A stretch of 64,000 nucleotides of DNA from Kofleriaceae bacterium (lineage in GTDB: Bacteria > Myxococcota_A > Polyangia > Haliangiales > Haliangiaceae): the NCBI GenBank assembly GCA_965215005.1, contig CBDCCZ010000054.1:269069-333068 (forward strand). The letters are read 5' to 3'. Within the stretch, counting starts at the first letter, position 1; every line of letters begins with the position of its first letter. Positions 59,627 to 64,000 of the stretch are shown here, one piece after another. A model generated the notes under the pieces. The model had not been told where the DNA came from. It saw only the letters and a list, made by a program, of their open reading frames with translations, and made no database searches. The position numbers and the translations under genes are program-made.

Positions 59627-61104
59627 AGATTTTGCACGTAGCCAGCGAGGTGGCGCCGTGGAGTGAGACCGGAGGCCTGGCGCAGGTGGTGGGAGCACTG
59701 GGAGCGCCACTCGCGCGCGCCGCGGCCGAGGTTCGCTGCGCGGTGGCGAGCCCGCTTTACCGCGGTATCGCCGAGCGGGTGCGCGCTAGCGGCCTCGAGT
59801 TAATCGATCGCCACATCGAGGTCTCGGTGGTGCTCGATGGGCGGCGGCTGGCAGGACGATTCGTGTCAGTCGAGGCGCCGGAGCAGGCGCCGGTGCACTT
59901 TCTCGACTGCCCAGAGCTCTACGACCGCGACGGCATTTATGGCGACAGTCGCGGCGACTTCGGCGATAACTCGCTGCGGTTCGCGATGCTATGCCGCGGC
60001 GCCATCGATGCGTCGGAGCGGCTACTCGGCGGCGCCCCAGACGTGCTGCACGCCCACGACTGGCAGGCGGGACTGGTTCCGGTGTATCTCCAGCGTCACG
60101 CGCGCGGCTGGCTGCCCGACACGCGCGCGGTGTTTACTATTCACAACCTCGCTTATCAAGGCGTCTTTCCCAAGTCGACCGTGGAGTCGCTGGACCTTGG
60201 CTGGGCGGGGTTTCACTTGAACGGATTCGAGCTCTACGACCAGGTGAGCTTTCTCAAAGCAGGCGTTGCCTTTGCAGATGCCACAACCACCGTGAGCCCG
60301 ACGTATGCGCGCGAGATGCTCACGCCGAAGTTTGGCTGCAACCTCGATGATTTTCTGGCTCATGGCGCCCGCGGCGGGGTGCTCGGCATCTTGAACGGCA
60401 TCGACACGCGCGCGTGGAATCCCGCGGCCGATCCACATCTGCCGGCTACCTTCGATGCCGATGACTTGGCCGGCAAGGCGGTCTGTCGGCAGCAGTTACT
60501 GCAGGAGATGGGCCTCAAAGCCGCAGCCGACGAGCTGGTGCTCGGCGTGGTGTCGCGCTTCGCCGAGCAGAAAGGCATGGACCTGGTGGCGGAGCTGGCT
60601 TCCCAGCTGTATTCGCTGGGGGCACGGCTCGTGGTCCTTGGCAGCGGCGAGGCAGCGCTGGAGGCGCGCTTTCGGCAACTCGGTGACTGGTTTGGCGACC
60701 ATCTCGCCGTGCGCCTTGGCTACGTTCCGGCGTTGGCGCATCGTATTTATGCCGGAGCCGATGCGGTGTTGGTTCCGAGCCGATTCGAGCCCTGTGGCCT
60801 CGCGCAGCTGTATGCCATGCGCTACGGCGCACTGCCCATCGCAAGTGCCGTGGGCGGTTTGGCCGACACCGTTGTCGATCCCGGTGACGCCGCGCTGCTT
60901 TCTGGCCAAGGAAATGGTTTTTGCTTTCAGCACCCCACCGCCGATGGTTTGCGCTGGGCGGTCGAACGCGCAGCGCGATTGTTTCGCCGCGAGCCCCGCG
61001 GCTGGAAGCGCATTACGGCACGAGCGATGCGCCACGACGTCTCGTGGGCGAGCTCCGCCGCGGGCTACCTGCAGCTCTATCAACGGCTATCGATCCACCA
61101 CTAG
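59623..61104 (+). CDS. glgA: Glycogen synthase (GT5)
   Basis: SEVAPWSETGGLA, HAHDWQAG, TIHNLAYQG, ILNGID, SRFAEQKG, PSRFEPCGLAQL. Confidence 0.92.
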   Translation: MKILHVASEVAPWSETGGLAQVVGALGAPLARAAAEVRCAVASPLYRGIAERVRASGLELIDRHIEVSVVLDGRRLAGRFVSVEAPEQAPVHFLDCPELYDRDGIYGDSRGDFGDNSLRFAMLCRGAIDASERLLGGAPDVLHAHDWQAGLVPVYLQRHARGWLPDTRAVFTIHNLAYQGVFPKSTVESLDLGWAGFHLNGFELYDQVSFLKAGVAFADATTTVSPTYAREMLTPKFGCNLDDFLAHGARGGVLGILNGIDTRAWNPAADPHLPATFDADDLAGKAVCRQQLLQEMGLKAAADELVLGVVSRFAEQKGMDLVAELASQLYSLGARLVVLGSGEAALEARFRQLGDWFGDHLAVRLGYVPALAHRIYAGADAVLVPSRFEPCGLAQLYAMRYGALPIASAVGGLADTVVDPGDAALLSGQGNGFCFQHPTADGLRWAVERAARLFRREPRGWKRITARAMRHDVSWASSAAGYLQLYQRLSIHH

Positions 61105-61221
61105 AGACGCGCGATGAACCCGCGCACTTCCGCGGCTGCTGGCAGCGCGACGCGCCAAACCTGGTGGGCGTTCACACCAATGTCACCGCAGCGCAGCGTC
61201 GCCGCCCGTAATCTGCTCAGC

Positions 61222-62865
61222 ATGCTTCGCTCGACGCTCGTCTTTTCGCTCGCGTTCTCGCTCCTGGCTTGCAGCCGGCAGCCGCACCCGAGCTCGGCGC
61301 CGGCGGCCCCCGCTGCGGCAGATGCTAGCGCCCCCCGGCCTAATCTCGTGGTCCTCGTGGTGCTCGACCAGCTCGGCAGCTGGGTGTTAGAGGAACACAC
61401 GCCGCTGCTACCGAGCGATGGCTTGTTGCGGACCGCGATGGAGCAGGGCGTTTTCTATCCCGTCGCCGAGTATGGCTACGCCGGCACGTACACGGCTCCT
61501 GGTCACGCTGCCATCGCCAGCGGCGCGTGGCCCGCTGAATCGGGCGTGTTCTCCAATCAACGCTGGGATGCAGCGCGCGGCGGCGTGGTCTCGATGGTCG
61601 ACGATGGCACCTCGGCTGTCTTTGGCGTAGGCGGTGCCTTCGCCAGTCCTAGCGTCCTGCGCGTGCGCACCGTCGCCGACTCCCTCAAAGAAGTCACCGG
61701 CGGTCGTGGCCACGTGGTCGCAATCTCCTATAAAGACCGCGGCGCGATTCTCCCTGCGGGTCATCGTCCTGATATCGCCCTCTGGTACGACAGCCAGATT
61801 CCTGGCTTCACCACGTCAACCTATTACGCTAGCGAGCTGCCCGCTTGGCTCGTTCAGTGGCAAGCAGCGCATCCGCTCAGCGCGATTACCGGCGAGTGGA
61901 CGCCGCATGATCGCAAGGCACTCGCAGCGCGCGGCAGCGACGAAGCGCCAGGCGAGGGCGACTGGAAAGGCTATGGCACGAGCTTTCCGCATGCGCCGGA
62001 GCGTTCGCAAGACCCGAGCTCGACGCTTCGTGCTAGCCCCGGCGCTAGCGAATACCTTCTCGAGCTGGCGCGAGCCGCCGTGGATGCCTATGACCTCGGG
62101 CGCGACGCAACGCCTGATCTGCTGATTCTTTCGATTTCTGGAACCGACTACGTTGGCCATACGTTTGGTCCGAGCTCGTGGGAATACGCCGACAACTTGG
62201 TGCGCGTCGATCGCGCACTCGGGGTCTTCGCACGCCAGCTGCGCGCTGAAGGGCCGGTTGCCTTCGTCGTCACCTCGGATCACGGCGTGGCGCCACTGCC
62301 CGAGCAGAGCCGCGCCCAAGGCCACGTTGCCGGCCGCATCTTCGAAGACGAGGTTGCCGCGGAGATGGAGGCGATGCTCGATGCGCGCCTTGGCCGCGGC
62401 GACTGGATCGCCGCCTATGCACCACCATTCATCTATCTCACTGCTGCCGCGCTCGCTTCGCCCAACCGCGACCAAGCCACGAAGCTGCTCGTCCAGCACC
62501 TCACCGCGCTGGAGTCGATCGAGCGAGCTGTCGATGTGCGCGCGCTGGCTGCGCCAGCCGATCCCATCGCCACTCTCGTTGCCGCCAGCGTGCCGGCAGA
62601 CGCGCCTGGACAGATCTTCGTGGTTCCCGAGCGCTACTTCGTCACCGACGAAGCAATGCCGCGCGGCTTTGGCACCAGTCACGGAACGCCGTGGGAGTAC
62701 GATCGACAGGTGCCGGTGCTGCTTTGGGGCGCCGGTATCGAGCATGTGCGCGCTGCAAAGCCAGCGGCGATGACGCAGGTCGCAACGACGTTAGCCGCAC
62801 TCCTCGGCGTGCCGGCACCCGCAACCGCCGCGCCCGAGCCACTTGCTGGACTGTCCCAGCAGTAG
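61222..62865 (+). CDS. Alkaline phosphatase family (PafA/PhoV-type) lipoprotein
   Basis: Lipobox LLAC, LVVLDQ, TYTAPGHA (Thr nucleophile), SYKDRGAI, TDYVGH, TSDHG, HGTPWEYD. Confidence 0.88.
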   Translation: MLRSTLVFSLAFSLLACSRQPHPSSAPAAPAAADASAPRPNLVVLVVLDQLGSWVLEEHTPLLPSDGLLRTAMEQGVFYPVAEYGYAGTYTAPGHAAIASGAWPAESGVFSNQRWDAARGGVVSMVDDGTSAVFGVGGAFASPSVLRVRTVADSLKEVTGGRGHVVAISYKDRGAILPAGHRPDIALWYDSQIPGFTTSTYYASELPAWLVQWQAAHPLSAITGEWTPHDRKALAARGSDEAPGEGDWKGYGTSFPHAPERSQDPSSTLRASPGASEYLLELARAAVDAYDLGRDATPDLLILSISGTDYVGHTFGPSSWEYADNLVRVDRALGVFARQLRAEGPVAFVVTSDHGVAPLPEQSRAQGHVAGRIFEDEVAAEMEAMLDARLGRGDWIAAYAPPFIYLTAAALASPNRDQATKLLVQHLTALESIERAVDVRALAAPADPIATLVAASVPADAPGQIFVVPERYFVTDEAMPRGFGTSHGTPWEYDRQVPVLLWGAGIEHVRAAKPAAMTQVATTLAALLGVPAPATAAPEPLAGLSQQ

Positions 62866-63096
62866 AGGATAGCGGTCGCTGTCGGACATCGTCGCCGCTG
62901 CCACCACCGCGCCGGCTTTCTCCGACACGCTGCGTTGCAACCAACGCTTCAAAACCGTCTTCCTGCGCTCGAACCGCAAGGATTCCGCAGCCTCCGAGAT
63001 CGGCGGGATCGGCTTTGGTGTTACCATCGCTAGCTGCTACCAGAGCCGCCCCACCGCGCGAAGGTACGCCATCACACGCCTTCGCTGAGAGGAATC

Positions 63097-64000
63097 ATGG
63101 CCGATCGGAACGATTTCGTAGCCGCCGCGAACGCCGTTAAAGCTGCCCCGGAAAATCAGGCCTCATGGGATGAGCTCGATGCGCTCGCCGCCGAGCTCGA
63201 TGCGCCCGATCAGGTGCTAGCCGTTTACCACGAGGTTCTCAGTCAGCCGCTTGCTGCCGAGGCGTTGCGAGTGGTGGGCCAGCGGGCGGCTGACTTCGCC
63301 GAGGAGTGGCTCGGCGACGAGCCCGATCAGCTGGCGGCGATTCTCGGTAGGGTGCTCGAGCTCGCGCCCAACGATCAGGCCGCGTTTCAGCGGCTCACGG
63401 TCGCCTATACGGTGTCGGAGCGGTGGAGCGAGCTTCTTGCCCTCTACGATCGCGCGCTCGAGGACAGCACCGACGAAATTCGCCGTGAGCGGCTCCTTGA
63501 TGAAGCGGCGCAAGTCGCCAAGGATGTCGCCAATCGGCCCGATAAAGCCATTGGTTATCTGCAGCGACTCTTGCCGCTTCGATCCGACGACACGCAAATG
63601 GCGCAGGCGCTCGAGCGGTTGCTCGAGAGGCATGAGCGCTGGGCGGAGCTGATCGAGCTGTGGGAGTCGCGGCTGGAATCTCAGCCTCCGCGCGAGCGCG
63701 AAAAGAGCCGTGCTCGCATCGCGTCGGTGTGGCTCGAGAATCTCGACCAGCCGCGGCGCGCTTTGGAGGCGCTGCGACCGCTGCTCGCTGCGGCTGAAGA
63801 CGACACCATCGCCTGCCAGTTGCTCGAGCGCATCGTCACCTCCTCTACGGCCAAAGCCGCGGTGCGCGAAGGCGCCCTCGATCTATTGCGCAATCATTAC
63901 GAGGCCACTGAGCGGCCGCGCGAGATCGTTCGCGTGCTCGAGGCGGCGATCGAAATCGCCGATGCCGAGCTCGGTCCGGCGCTGCGCGAAGAAGCCGGCG
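63097..64000 (+). CDS. N-terminus of a large TPR-repeat protein (myxobacterial AgmK-like architecture), runs off the window
   Basis: GAGG RBS, ATG at 63097, open frame to the end with repeats like VLELAPNDQAAFQRL, ERWSELLALY, AIGYLQRLL, ERWAELIELW. Confidence 0.75.
   Translation, partial: MADRNDFVAAANAVKAAPENQASWDELDALAAELDAPDQVLAVYHEVLSQPLAAEALRVVGQRAADFAEEWLGDEPDQLAAILGRVLELAPNDQAAFQRLTVAYTVSERWSELLALYDRALEDSTDEIRRERLLDEAAQVAKDVANRPDKAIGYLQRLLPLRSDDTQMAQALERLLERHERWAELIELWESRLESQPPREREKSRARIASVWLENLDQPRRALEALRPLLAAAEDDTIACQLLERIVTSSTAKAAVREGALDLLRNHYEATERPREIVRVLEAAIEIADAELGPALREEAG

Noticed and set aside
1..64000. tRNA, rRNA, CRISPR arrays, integrases or transposases
   Set aside because: None recognisable by eye; intergenic gaps are short and lack regularly spaced repeats or cloverleaf motifs

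Overview
This is a GC-rich bacterial window, most likely Myxococcota (Haliangiales/Polyangia-like), judged from two Hanks-type Ser/Thr kinases, an FHA-sigma54 activator, Cys-rich lipoproteins and the start of a giant TPR protein. It is gene-dense, and I found no rRNA, tRNA, CRISPR array or transposase. Recognisable housekeeping genes are a LigD-type primase-polymerase with ligC, pyrD, menB, acs, clsB, beta-carbonic anhydrase with SulP, methylmalonyl-CoA mutase mutAB-meaB, and glgC-glgA. Two modules stand out. (1) At 3.9-13.0 kb a solitary ectoine synthase (ectC, with no ectA, ectD or eutD/doeA in the window) sits with an amidase, a class III aminotransferase, an aldehyde dehydrogenase, an aspartate aminotransferase, a tartrate-dehydrogenase-like enzyme and a D-2-hydroxyacid dehydrogenase. 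On paper these form a complete alternative ectoine/hydroxyectoine catabolic route. (2) At 18.7-23.7 kb a standalone V4R protein is divergent from a tightly packed operon: Ser/Thr kinase, Roadblock/LC7, membrane-anchored OmpA/MotB-like protein, membrane-anchored Roadblock and a DUF3050 heme-oxygenase-like diiron enzyme, with no MglA GTPase. About a dozen or more genes' worth of single-base (+1) frameshifts, mostly in short homopolymer runs and densest at 38.8-42.1 kb, suggest long-read assembly error, so I reconstructed split genes by hand. All family assignments come from motif recognition, not database searches.
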